64,000 bases of DNA from Chlorokybus atmophyticus (GCA_009103225.1 RHPI01003578.1:173986-237985), one strand, 5' to 3'; counted from the first letter of the stretch, positions 1-12,600 are shown. Numbers and translations: made by a program. The notes: generated by a model not told the origin, from the sequence alone.

Positions 1-1970
1 GTATGCGTAGTACTGCGTGCCCTTCTCGTCAAAGTCCTTTAGACGCACCTCGGTGTTGTACACCATCCACTTGGCCGGCACGATGATGTGTATCCCGATG
101 CTAAACACGTTTGGGTCATCCAGCAACGAAACCCAGTCCTGGAACCGCGCTCTCACTGTCGGCGCAGGCCTGATCAGAGATGTGCATATGAGTGTGTATA
201 ACAAAACTCAGTTTGCAAACACTTGTGCCACAAACACGCCATGCTTGTGCCGTATATACAACAAAAACTTTATGATGATAGCCAATGCACCACACAAGGT
301 GCTCACCGCATTATGAAGTGCAGGAAGCAGCTGAATGCTGTCTCTGCTTTCAACCCTTTCTCCCCAAGCAGCCGCGCCAAGGCTGGCTCTCTAAAAGCCA
401 TGCTCACTGCGCCGGAGTCCATCGTCATCACAGCAACATCCTCCTGCACCCAACCAACAATCGTTACACCAGACTCAAGCAACTTGAACGCAATGGAAGT
501 GCATTACACCCACCATAAGTCCGGTGGAAAGGTTGCCGAGGTGGCCTCCAAAAGCACCACCACAGTTCCAGTGTCTCCTTCTGATGTCACAACCGTGCCA
601 GTTGTACAGTCCCACGCGTGCGCTCTCATGCTCCCATGAGACGTTGCTTCCCCATTGGGGTTTGGTGGGGTTGGCAGGCATGTTGGGCATGCCCTCGTCC
701 TTTTCAGGCCGGAGGAACACCTTGCTGGTGTAACCCCAGTTGATGTGTGGTGAGTAGAATGCGCGCTCAGCACGTGGCCAGTCCAGAAGGAACGCGCGGT
801 TGGTCACGAGCGCAAACATGAACGCCGTGACCATGCCCGTGAGCCTGTCGGAAAAGCCCCCGCACTGATCATCCTGGCGGCAGCGGTACACCACATAACC
901 GTATGGATGCTTCTTGCGAGGAGTTGCACTTGTTGGTAGCGAGGCATTGGATGTGTTTAACAGCTCCAATTGCAGAAGCATGCGATGGTGGCCTGTGCTG
1001 CACTCAATCGCATACGCCATTGCTTTGCGATGCATCTCAGCATAAGATGACATCCACGAGCCGCAAACTTCCTCCTCCTCAGCCAGCTCTTCAGAGTTAA
1101 TCTTTAAGAGCATGGGTATCGGATCTGTTGAAGAATGTCATGTGCATTTGCTGCAAGTAGAACAACTGGGACTCGCACATAATAATACCTGCGGCAGTGA
1201 ATGCTTGCATGTGTGCGATGTCAAATGCTGCTGTGTGAAGCTTTGTGGGAGGCGGAGATAGTGTTGATTCACCCGGTTGCAGCTCTTTCAGCTCTGAACT
1301 GCATTAATGCAATAAGTCGTAAGTTTTACAAGACACGTAAGTCTGCACCTTCAGCCCAAAATGTAATAAAGTTTGCGAAAAACAGCTGCACTGGTACCTA
1401 TGTGACTCAACCGCAAATGCAGTGCGCAATGCCAGTAAACATTGTCCACACCCGCCATTAACTACAATCAGCCATGCCATACGCACTGACTAACATCATA
1501 TCGTCCATGTGCAAGTTCAAATGTAAGTAGACAAAGAGCATCCAAGCGAAGAATACTTGTACCTATCAATCTGGAGGTTTGGTTCACTTTGTTTGTACAA
1601 TGGGTATGTAAATGCCTTGTAGTTCGACATTGTTTGTACAAGGCAAGAAGTTGTACCGGTGGTGGTCTGGGAGGAGGCCGTCGGCGTCGGCCTGGGCGCG
1701 GAGGAGGTTGTCGGCTTCCCAGTCGTCGAGGAGGCGAGCGCGTGCGTCTGGCGTCAGCATGCGCAGCAGCTGGCTCTTCTGCCCCTGGGCCAAGGCGCAC
1801 ACCACCCTCCTGCTGTTGAACACGGCCGCCGCCCCAGCCGCCGACACAATGAGCAGCATCAACCATATCGCCCTGGTGCTCCCCACGCCGCCTATGCCCG
1901 CGCCTATGCCCCCGCCCACCCCCTGCTGCTGCGGCGGCGGCGGGCCGTGCCTGGGCCCCAAGCCCTGCAT
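1..1970 (-). CDS. Fucosyltransferase-like type II membrane glycosyltransferase (GT11/GT23/GT37-like), multi-exon, 3' end lies beyond the window start
   Basis: Likely ATG at 1970 followed by a hydrophobic anchor (AIWLMLLIVSAAGAAAVF). The 475-1113 exon has YRCRQDDQCGGFSDRLTGMVTAFMFALVTNRAFLLDWP (GGxxDRLxG motif). Downstream exons splice to AFSCFLHFIMR|PAPTVRARFQDWVSLLDDPNVFSIGIHI. The junction between exon 1 and the 1113 exon is not resolved. Confidence 0.7.
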
Positions 1971-3950
1971 GCTATGTACAATGCTGCCTCCTTGTTCTCT
2001 TCCTTCTTCTCTTACTCCAAGAACCAACAGGGCACAGCACACCGTCACAGCCCTCCTCAGCCGCCTCCGCCGGGGCGGCGTTGCCGTTGGCGCGTCACTG
2101 CGTGGCAAAACGCGTCGCAGCGTGCAGTTTGAAAGTTTGAATGATACTGAAAACTGCGAGAAAGTGTAGACCTGCTAGTTTTGCTTCAAGGTGTCGTCTG
2201 GGCGGCGGCGGTGACGGTGCGGAGAGAGAGAAGCTACGCAGCTTGCAGAAAGGTGAGGATTTGGGATGTCGCTGTTGCTGCTTGTGCAGCGGTGCGGACT
2301 TGTGCTGGCTGGACTCCAGGCCAACTCCAGGCAAAGCAAAAGCGCCGCTCAAGCTTACAGCTCAAGCATAAGCGCACGCGCGCGAACGGCGCGGGGGGGT
2401 AGGGGATAGGGGTGGAGTAACTTATACATGTGATAGAGGAAGGCAGGAAATGTAAGCACACGCACAAGCAAAGCACACAAGAAGTCTAGCATACACCAAA
2501 CACAACCATGGCTTGTACTCAGCTGGACCTCACTGCACTCCATCAGGCAGAAATGTTTGGGCCCATATGCAACGTGCTCCCCCCCCCCCCCCCCCCCCCC
2601 CCNACACACACAATGCTGCTACAAGGGCTAGTTGCTAACCACAGCCATTGTGCAAGTGACCACCATTACCACTGCCGTTTATGCATGCATGAATGCATGT
2701 CTGACAGGGGGGCGATATGTGTAGGGGTAGAGTAAAAGGTAGAGTAAGCCCGGTGGTCATACATGCAAGTGCGTGTGGTTAGTGTGAAAATGCATGTTTA
2801 TTACAGCCTCGCGCTTATGATGTACACACCATAACCACCATGCAGGATCTCAACTTCTCTACTCACGCACTCACTCAAAAAGCCCAAAAGCGCACACAAG
2901 TGCACTCTTGTACATCATGTACGCAATCACGTTCCCATCGCCGCACACACACAGGCATTCGCTAGCAGCATAGTGCCATAATCTTGGGTCGGGTGCTGTG
3001 GCCCTGTCTTGCCATGGTGGCGGTGGTGAAATAGGAGTTGGCGGCACTACTTGCATGCTTGCTGCTGTTGAGCGACTAGTGGCTTATTTGTCCGACCTTG
3101 CTGCAGACTAAGTGATATTGTTTATGTGTTGACAATCAGGGCCTAATCGGGTTGAGCGTACATATGGAGATGTGCAGCTATGATAGCTCATCGTTGAAGT
3201 ATAGCAAAAAGTGTTTTTTTTGGGTGATCGTATGCATTAGTATGCTTAGTAGTTTCTTATGGTTTTGATGCATGTGTACTATGTAAGCTATATATGCGAT
3301 TACTATTCTAATTCAAGCAAGTTGGCATGTGTGCAAGCGTGGTGCACATGCACGTACCAACATATATAAGCACATATGCTCACACATGTTGCACGGTTAT
3401 GCGCTTACACAACAGCACTTGAGACGTTATACAAATATTATTCGGGTCGAGGTTTATGTCTACAAAGTGGTAACAATAAAAATAAGTGGAAGCATATCAT
3501 ATCATATAATAACGAGGATAACATGATGTGATCCTCGTTATCATCACACTCAAAGTATTTAAAGGCCTTCTCTGCCATCTTATGCTCTTAACAGGGATTA
3601 TTCGGTACAACATAATTGGCTTCAATTGTTAAGAGCACGAATATGTTTATACCGCCGCTTTCTTAATCACATCATTAGCACCATGCCCGCATCACGTCGT
3701 ACTCATTGCGTGCATTACGCCATAAAATCCTGCGTCACATCCATCATGCACCCCCCCCCCCNTAACCTTGTCCAAGATAGCATATTTACCAAAACTAACG
3801 GGGACGTCATGAAAAGCACGCTGAAAAGTAGGTCGCGGACGCTCTGCGGTTGCCCGCGCGGACGCACCAACTTGTGCTCATATTTAAAATTTATTCGCAT
3901 ACATTGTGACAATTGACATGACGTGGTGATGTGCTACGGACGGTCGGAAC

Positions 3951-4170
3951 TGTCACAAGTTGATCTAACGGTCGATGCCTGGTAGTCGCCGTCTAGCCAA
4001 TGAGAGGCAGACGGGCCGCGCATTCCGCGCAACCCGGCAGTCGCGGGTGCTGCATGTCATGGCCACTGGCCTTGTGCGTGTGTTTGTGTGCCCTAATGCC
4101 GGCTGGCCGAACGATATTACTTAGTTAACTATGCTAACCAGTGTGTGCGCACATGGAACAACTTGTGACA
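3951..4170. mobile_element. LTR-like or MITE-like element with 12-bp terminal inverted repeats
   Basis: TGTCACAAGTTG (3951-3962) and CAACTTGTGACA (4159-4170) are perfect reverse complements giving TG...CA ends. No TSD (GGAAC vs TATTG). Confidence 0.45.
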
Positions 4171-4290
4171 TATTGAATATATCACCATATACACACCTTC
4201 TATTGTCCTGATTGCACCATATTATGACGAGACGGGCGCTTGGTGATGACGGCGGCGATTGAGGTGTACTTGTCGTGAACGGTGTGTCAT

Positions 4291-4958
4291 TGTAAGAAGG
4301 GGGGTGCTACCGCCCCCTTGATCCCCTACCCCAACACTACCACCACAGCCACGTCGCCGTCGCCGGCCTCGCCGCCGCCGCTGGCGGCCAGGGGATCGAA
4401 AGATCCCCTGGCTATATCGACCTAAGAGATAAGTCTCAAGTTGATATCGGTGTTACATAACATAACACCTTAATAGGGCCTAAAAAGGTCCTCATACGAC
4501 TCTAATGGCTGTGTTTATCCCATTGGGGACCTTATTTCTCATTAAATAAGGGCGGGGAAACGCATAGCGGTAGCACTCCGTTACATTCCCCCCCACTTAG
4601 GTTTTAATGTCATTGTGAAGGGGGTTGCTACCGCCCCCTTTACTTCCCTACCCCGCCACCACCACCACGGCCACGTCGCCGCCGCCGCCGCTGGCAGCCA
4701 GGGGATCGAAAGATCCCCTGGCTATGGCGGTCGCTGCGTTAGCAGCGCCGCCATGCGGCCGATATCGACTTGACTCATGTCTCCAGTCGATATCGATTTG
4801 AGACATGAGTCAAGTCGATATCGGTGTTACATAACATAACACCTTATCAGGGCCTATAAAGGCTCTAATACGACTCTAATGGCTGTGTTTGTCCCGTTGA
4901 AACCCTTATTTCTCATTAAATAAGGGCGGGAAACGCATAGCGGTAGCACTCCGTTACA
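4291..4958 (-). mobile_element. Two tandem LTR copies (4291-4585, 4614-4958), each preceded on the minus strand by a polypurine tract (TRIM/tandem-LTR-like)
   Basis: Both copies run TGT(A/G)A...CCGTTACA and are clearly homologous. Each is followed on + by TTCCCCCCCACTTAGG, which on - reads CCTAAGTGGGGGGGAA directly before TGTAACG. Only 28 bp separate the copies. Confidence 0.75.
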
Positions 4959-5017
4959 TTCCCCCCCACTTAGGTTTTTATGTCCTCATTGAAGGGTTAG
5001 CAAGGCCCCACCGTGAG

Positions 5018-5360
5018 CACTGAAAACACACGGAATTTTTCCCACGGACCAGCCCTGGTCCGCACGTACGGTACCAGGGCAAAATCGCCTGGGCTGCTTG
5101 GGGTCCGGACCAGGGTTGCCCGCCTTGGTCTGCACGCGGGGACCAGGGCTGGTCCAAACAGTACGTAATTGTCCCACGGTCCCCCAAAAAACCGAACCGA
5201 GGCTGGTCCCGATCAGAAACTGTTAGAGGTCGGACCGGTTATGGTCATGTGTAAGGACCATCAATGGTCCATGTTCATACAAGCATGCAAAGTAGCAGCC
5301 ATGGCTGGTGCGCATCTATACCGGTAGATAGTCGAACCAGGTGTGGTCCGGTTGGCAGTG
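5018..5360. repeat. Non-coding element rich in GGACC/GGTCC inverted motifs, bounded by CACTG...CAGTG
   Basis: About ten GGACC/GGTCC motifs, including GGACCAGCCCTGGTCC and its reverse complement GGACCAGGGCTGGTCC. Terminal match is only 5 bp and there is no TSD. Confidence 0.35.
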
Positions 5361-5499
5361 TTTATTGTGCGTTATGGCCGGCTGTAGCCGAACCAACTTT
5401 ATAAGCTGATCGGCAGCGGCTGAAATGCTTGAAATTAACTGTGCTCTGGTGGCTGACTGCGGTCAGCTGCAGCTGCAATTGAGCCGCAGCTGACCGCAG

Positions 5500-5656
5500 T
5501 TAGGCCGCCGCTCGTGGCCTGGCGGGCGGCCTGGTGCTCCATACCAAGAGCACCAGGCCACGCCGCTGGCCTGGTCATGCTGGTCTGGTGGCGACCAAGC
5601 CAGCATGGCCAGGCCAATTCAAGAGCACCAGGCCAGCGGCGTGGCCTGGTGCTCTT
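5500..5656. repeat. Cluster of GC-rich palindromes/hairpins
   Basis: AAGAGCACCAGGCCA-gcggcg-TGGCCTGGTGCTCTT is a perfect hairpin. A second AAGAGCACCAGGCCA copy and GGCCTGGTCATGCTGG...CCAGCATGGCCAGGCC lie just upstream. Confidence 0.7.
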
Positions 5657-6194
5657 AAATGTGGATTAGTAGAGTAGAGTTACAGAGCAGACATGCGTAC
5701 ATACATGATGGCTCTTCGTGATGGCTTTGTTTAATAAGCTACATAGTTATAAGCCTGTTATCAAGAATGCAAGGAAGTATGCCCAGCAACACTCGCTGCT
5801 CACAAGCCACAGCGCAGCAAACATGAACAGATGTTTGAACATTATTGCGTTGCATTAAGCATACATCTATCGCCACAGTGAAACACCCAACTACCACTGA
5901 AAATGCCAACTGAACTGGTACCTGCCTAGCTCAATAAGCATTCGCACACGCACACATGCATATAGTTGAACAGTCACGGACAAGTATTGCATCACAAGTT
6001 GGTACCTGTTGCATGGTGCAATGCCCGCTCCTCACTCCATGTTCTTGCTGCCACACCTTGGCTGCGAGGTCTGCACGTGCGTGCAACTATTAGTGCATGG
6101 GTGCCATTGTCGGCAATTGTTGATGTCTAGATCTGTGTGCGTGTGCGTGCAGAGAAGTAGGTGCTTGCAGGCACGTGCATGTATGCAGGCCCAC

Positions 6195-7861
6195 CTATAC
6201 AGCTGGCGCTTCCAGACAGCCGCCTATACTTTCAGATATTAATGATTGGATATACCTGCGCAGCCCTGGCCAGTGCGGCCATGAGCCAGCGATACCCAAT
6301 CGGCCAGCCTCATAGGCTGCACCGCATAGTGCAGCCTCATTTTCCAGCAGGTCAAAATAGTGGTAGACCACGTCTCTCTTCAAAGCACATCTCCTGGCCT
6401 TGTCCAATGCTTCAGCCTTGCGGGAGGCCAATCGCTTTCTTCTTTTGAGGCCTTGCCACCATTTCTTGCCAGTTATGCCCTTGGGATAAAGCTTGGCTCT
6501 TGCATCGCCTACCAATCTCTTCCCTGCTTCAATACATATCTCTGTTCAGGTGACTCCTCAGCCACACTTGTTGCGGGTGATCACAATCTATGCCAACCCC
6601 TCCTCCTCTTCGTCATTAAACAGAGTTGCAACACAAGCACCCCTGCGCGCACACCACTGCCTCAGCCATCATCAGCTATCACTAACACACTTAAGTCCAC
6701 TCACATGTATTTGTCTAGCAGGCTTGGGTTTGCGCAGAATCTGCGGATGGTGGTTCTGGGTATGCCAAGCTCGGGGAGTGCATCGGTGATGGTCATGCAG
6801 CCTTGGTTGACAGCTTAAACTGCTCTGTAAATGTCCTCCATGCGAAGCTCGTAGTTTCTGTAGCCTTTGTGTCGTTGTGAGCGCGCAGGGTTTTTGGCTT
6901 TTACACGTTTGCCCTGTATTGCAAAGGTCAGATGGCCACATGATGCAACAGGGTGGACTGAGCGGCAATGACGCGATGATAATAAAGCCAGGTTAATCAG
7001 CAAGCCACCCACTGTGCTGCCAGTGATGACCATGCGTAGCCAGTAGTTGTAGCTAGCAGCTGCAGTTGTAATTGTAGTGCAAGTGCACACTGTAATGCAC
7101 CAGCTTGCAGGCTTGTGTCGGACTCACTTGCACGCCTATTATATTGGAACTGCTGCTTCTCCCCATCGCCCACCTTCCACCTGTGGATGGCTTGCCTATC
7201 AGTCACAGCCTGTTGCAGCAACCACAACTACAACAGCGCTCTCACAATGCTGCTACCAAGCACACATTGCTGAGTATGCGCATTATAACCACTTGCATGC
7301 TCTCCCCCACCTCACCTCCAGTGAATGGCTTGCCTATCCTCACCCAGCACTTGTTGCAGCAACCACAACTCCCACAATGCACTTACAATGCTGCTACCAA
7401 GCACGAACAGCTTAGTATGCCTCCCCGGCGCTGTGTAGGCTATGCACAACTTAGTGACATAAATCAATATTTGTTACGCGTTAATGCATATATAGTGCAA
7501 CATGTAACTTTTACAAATGAGCTTCCATTAACATGACACTCAGGAAACAAGGTCTTCTTTGCCTTACAAACACGTAAACAAAACCGCGTCCTACTCACTA
7601 TGCATATGCAAAAGTTACTACAACTCAAAGTATAACCATAAGTTGAGGCTACCCAACCCCAACTGTATTAGGCCTTTGAAAATTCAGATTTGCCGCCACA
7701 GATGTCCGTTTGCCGTGAAATTGGCTCAAGTGTGCATTACACTTAGAGCTACCTAACTGCAAAGTTTGACCGCGATTGACCAAGGGGACAGGAAGACATC
7801 CGCCAAAAACCATGTATTGGCCAAATAAGGGCGAGTGGTCAAATCAGGCACCTCTACCCTA
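6195..7861 (-). pseudogene. Decayed pogo/Tc5 (Tc1-mariner superfamily) transposon: HTH_psq plus CENP-B-type HTH, with one pogo-like terminus
   Basis: Minus strand reads YRNYELRMEDIYRAV*AVNQGCMTITDALPELGIPRTTIRR (psq HTH, stop at 6815-6817), then TLFNDEEEE..IVITRNKCG*GVT*TEICIEAG..ITGKKWWQGLKRRKRLASRKAEALDKARRCALKRDVVYHYFDLLE (Tc5 HTH and linker). The right end reads TA-GGGTAGAGGTGCCTGATTTGACC on - (7836-7861). No DDE domain or left TIR found. Confidence 0.8.
7158..7420. repeat. ~145-bp diverged tandem duplication inside the pogo relic
   Basis: Two copies of ..GGATGGCTTGCCTATC..TGTTGCAGCAACCACAACT..ACAATGCTGCTACCAAGCAC.. Confidence 0.75.
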
Positions 7862-9692
7862 GTCAGTGAACCTAGTCAGTGAACCGCAACCGCTCAACTG
7901 AACTGCAACCGCTCAACTGGTACAACCTACTCTGCTAGGGTCTAGATTGGACATGCCTTGCGCCAGATTTGTGCCAAGCAAACGTACAGGCAACGAGAGG
8001 CGCCTGCTGCCACAAAACGCCACGGGCTAGGGTGTACGACTCAAACCGAATGTGCTCGACTGGTACATACATACGTACGAACAAACCTGGTGTACGGTGC
8101 ATGTTGCGCCACATCGGTCTTATATCACACTGCTAGTTGGTCGCTTGAGAGGACTTGGTTGGTTGTTCAAAACGGAAGGCCGCGTGCAGAGTGCACAACA
8201 TGATTATCATCATGACCTGAAACGGACATCCGTGCGCAGCCACTGTACCTAGTACAGTGGTTGTACACAGTAGCTGCCGTACGTATCCTACCCGGAAGCG
8301 GCCGGAAAGCCGGAGCTCCACACACGGCCTGCCAGTGCTGCGTCACACCTGCGCGAGTTACACCGCCAGAACCAATTCCGGTTATCATACAAATCTGAGA
8401 GCACACCAGTTTCATGAATCCACAACCAGGCCAATGATGTGACAGACCAGTAGCTAGTGCTGCTAAAAAAATCTCGTCAGAAGTGTCGGTCACAGAAGCA
8501 CCGGTCACAGGCTGTACCTCACAGCGCTGTCGCATGCATTCTGTCATCGTCAGCGGATTGAGTGATGGCTTGTCTTATGAATTGGCGGTCGAAACTCGAG
8601 TGTGCAAGTTGCGCAGCACAAGTTATTCTTTGCATGCGTTGCTTTGCACAACGCATCTAACCATTCATGCATTGTTGCGTCATAGCGGCAAAGGCCTTAC
8701 TAATGTGCCGCGCAAAACCCTTGCCGCGGTGCCCGTACCAAACCAGAGGTGTTTCGCGGAATTGCGTTGTGCTGACAGCAGCTTTGAGATTGGGATTGGT
8801 GGGGTGGGTGGCGGCGGCGGCGGCGGCAGGGGCGGCGGCGTGCGCAGTGGGACCACTGAAGGCTGAATCGCTGTACTGCCCCGTGCACTCTGTCGACGCT
8901 TTTTTGCCAACGCAAGGTGCGGGGTTCGGCGACGTAACGGTTTTGTGTGGTCATGGCCCATGCAGTTGTCCAAGCAGCTGCTGCCTGTGGGTTTGTGTTG
9001 AGCTGTGGTTGCAGCTTGTACCACCGTTCATGTTGGGCGCTGTCACATTCGTTACTACGTATAGTCTGCGTGGTCGCCCATGGCCGAGTATGGACAGTCG
9101 GTGCTGCTGTATGTGCGAAAGGCAAGTCTTGGTCTTAGACCTACAAGCTGGCAGCATAGGTTGTATGTTTGCAGTGTGTGCTTGCCCGTTGACACCTTAC
9201 GGTTGCGATGTTTAACATACACATTCAAACATTTCAAATATGCCGTATGTCATCCCTTTTTGCACTTGGATTGCATTGCAGCAACCTGTGCAACGGTTAC
9301 CCAGCGGTACCTGCATAGCGTTGACTTGCATGCAACTTCCATGTGTGACGAGGTCAGGGCTAGGGTTAGGTCAGTTCGTAGTAACGCAGCTTGGCCTGAG
9401 CACAGAGAGTTGTTCCAGGTGGAGAGCACAGTAACTGCAATGACTGCATGCTTGGTTGTCACATTAGTTTTCTTTGCTATAGCGGCTGGTCCATTACCTA
9501 AACTCAAGCATTGGAACAGCTGTTGCGGTGCATCTCATTAACCGTGCTTTGTCGCTGCCAGGCCCGGTAGACAAAGTCAGGTAGATGAAGCAAAACCGGT
9601 GGCGCCTTTCCACTGAAGGGGGGAGGCGCCATCAACAATGCTCTGTCCTATGCTACGTTAGCTGACGCAGTCCCGAACACGCCTGCCTTGCA

Positions 9693-12600
9693 ATGAACCC
9701 CGTTGCTAGGGCGGAAGCCACAGAAAGTGACCACCCTAGGTCCTCCGCCTCCCGCGAGCAAGCACCACCGCGTGAGCCTGCTTCAGAGCGCATTGTGTTC
9801 GACCGCAGTCTTACAGGTGCCAGCTGTCAACAGATCATGCACGTGTTGCGTTTACAGAGTGTCCGCATGCAGTGTTGAGCAACCATGGCTGTGCACAAGT
9901 GGTCATGACTGCCATGTTGACAGGTGTGATGGATGTGCTGATGGCGAGGGCACACCAGTCCCCTGATGTTCCTGCGCAAGATGCCTTGGCGTCGACCGCT
10001 AACCCTACATACAACTTCGGCAGCTCTCCTGGACTAGCCGGGTGGGGTTTTGGGACGCCGCCTGGGCTCGGGTTGGGAACTCCCATTGCTGGAACCATCT
10101 GGGATACCTCACCTGGGGCCTTTCTTATGCACCTCACACCTCCGGTTCCAAGGGTACATTGGCTGACCAGAGTTGCCTTTGGTCCTCACCCGCATTGTGC
10201 ATGGCAGTGTGCATGGCCTCATGGCTTCATCCATAACTCACCTGGGTGTTGAGCAGGCTGGTGAGGAGATTCCCAGCAACACAGCACATCTTGGCTTCCC
10301 AGCATCAGACGCAGGCGGGTGGCAACAGCCTGGCTTGCAAGCAGACCAGCTATGGAACAGCGCCAATGGAGGAAACCGGGACGATCAGGTATGACTAAAG
10401 TGCAAGACATGCCATGGCTAATACGGTCATGTACTTGGGCACCGCATTCACCTTGTATGTCTCCAGGGCGCTCCTCATGTGGTTGGTAGACCAGAAGCGC
10501 ACCGGCTGATGAGTGGCACCAACTCTGATGTCCCTGGGAAGTCGCAAGACTCGTCGGATGTGGACGAGCCATCATCTGAGGCCGAGGTCAAGCGACCTCG
10601 CTCGGGACATGAAGAGCCTGCAGCACAGGTGCATAGCTCATACGACACAAGTCTAATCCACTTCACTGGTCGCTGTTTAGTCTGGCATAACTTTGACCAG
10701 ATGTCGTCTGTGCGGCCTGATAAGCTTGTGATGATCAGGACAAAGAGAAGCCAGGAACCAGTGGAAGGTCACAAGAGTCCAAGGCAGGTAGGAAGCGGGA
10801 TGCACTCAAGCGAAGAGAGCAAAACCGAGAGGCATCGCGAAGGTGCACTACTGTTGCAGTGCTGCATTTGGTTGATCGGATGTTTATTGCGAGAGTGTGC
10901 AGAACCAATTATGTCACTTGCAATGTTGCTTTAGTGCATTCGTCCATGTGCTGGGCAAGCATAATAACGTGGCAACGTGGCAGGCACCGAGAACGTGGCA
11001 AGCAGCGGGATGAAGCTCTGCGAATAGTCACCTCGCAGGTCAAGTCGCTCCAGCTGCGTGTACAGGAGTTGCAGAAGGGCCAGCAGGTGTGTTTCTGTGT
11101 CATCCCCCTTTGACTCGTTTCTGTGTGTGTGAATTCACGGTCATGCACCGTGTAACCTACGTGTTGCGCTTGTTGTTCCAGGCTGTGGATCAAAGAGGTC
11201 TTGTGGATCATCACAGGCAACAGCAGGAGCGGAACCTCATTCGGTTGCGACAGTTGCTGCCACAGATGGGAGATGGGCAGGCGGACACAGCAAATTCAGA
11301 ATTGGCTTTGAGGACTGCCGTTGCAGCCTTCTTGCAGGTACACCTTGTCAGTCATCACTAACAGTGCCCTTTTTTGCGGTTTCACGGTGACTGCATCCGG
11401 CAGGCAAAGTGGGCGTCATGTAATATGTATCTGCATGTTGTCTGTGAGGCAGGGTTGATGGGGGAGGGGATTTGTTTTTGGGGTTGCGTTGGTGCGCGCC
11501 CCTGGGAGGGGTAATGCTGGGGAGGATTCTGCACACACACATCCTGAACCTAACATGTATGCAGGATGAAGATGGTTTCATTCAGCGATGGCAGGCTTTG
11601 AGGGCTACCAAACAGGCCCAGCGTTTGCAGACCCCTGAGCAATTGCAAGCTGCGCGTAACGCTGTGGATCCATTGATGATTGACCCCGAGGAGCTCCTCC
11701 GTCGCCATGCTGAGGGTAGCCACGGCGGTCCTGCAACCACAGAAGCCCCTCGACCGGCGTCGCGGGCGCCATCCAGGAGCAACGCCCAGCCATTGACGCC
11801 TGGTCGTGCCCCGCCTCCTGGTAAGCATGAGTGATGTCACATTTTTGGCAGACTTGCGATAAGCAAAATGCCAGTTATGACAGCAACTGGCGCTTACTGC
11901 AGGTTCAGAGGCTGCGAGGTGCAATGGAGCTGCATCAGCTCAAGATGAGCTCCCTCGTGAGCTTATGCCCAAGGTTGTTGGGCGTGGGGATAGTTGTGGG
12001 CATGTTGGCATGCAGGTTAGGGCTGTAATGAGTAAATCTTGCGCAGTTTCGAGCCATGGTGGACAGGGCTTTTGCAACGTTGCAGCGAGAGGACGCAAAC
12101 TGGAACATCAATCTGGGTTGGACGGAGGCGCTGCAAAGTTACCTGCAGATAACAGAAGAGCAAGCGCAACTTACTCTGCAAATTGAGAAGGTGTGCGCTA
12201 ACTCTGTTTCTGCGTAGCTTGTTGCGTTTTGAACACGTTGCAAGAGAACGGACAGGGATTGTGCCTGCTGACAATTGGCCTTTTGTTACTCAGGCTGGAG
12301 CATATGCCGTGCAGCCGCTCATTTGTGCTTCCTTCTCTCACTATGGGTGGAATGTCCCCTTTGTTGTTATGACGCTTCGCAACTTGGTGCGGTGTTTCCA
12401 CACCGTTCGCAGTTTGTTCCTGCAAGTAAGGCAATGATGATCCTGCTGAGCTGCATACATGGTCTTAACCTCTGGCTTTGTCTCTCTTAACATTCATGCT
12501 CGCAACGCCTGGCCTGAGTGCGTTGTGCGGGCAACTTGCAGAAGAAAAACCTGCTGTACGTCTTTAATGCCACATTGTGCTCAGGTGTCTGCAGGGAGGG

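Noticed and set aside
2721-2760. TAGGGGTAGAG as a left TIR pairing with the pogo end at 7861
   Set aside because: Only ~7 bp match before diverging.
8444-8610. HSVIVSGLSDGLSYELAVET resembling a fibronectin-III strand
   Set aside because: Isolated short segment with an upstream in-frame stop and no supporting exons found.
10506-10512. CTGATGA hammerhead core matches (also at 32806)
   Set aside because: No stem II plus GAAA downstream; both lie inside protein-coding genes.
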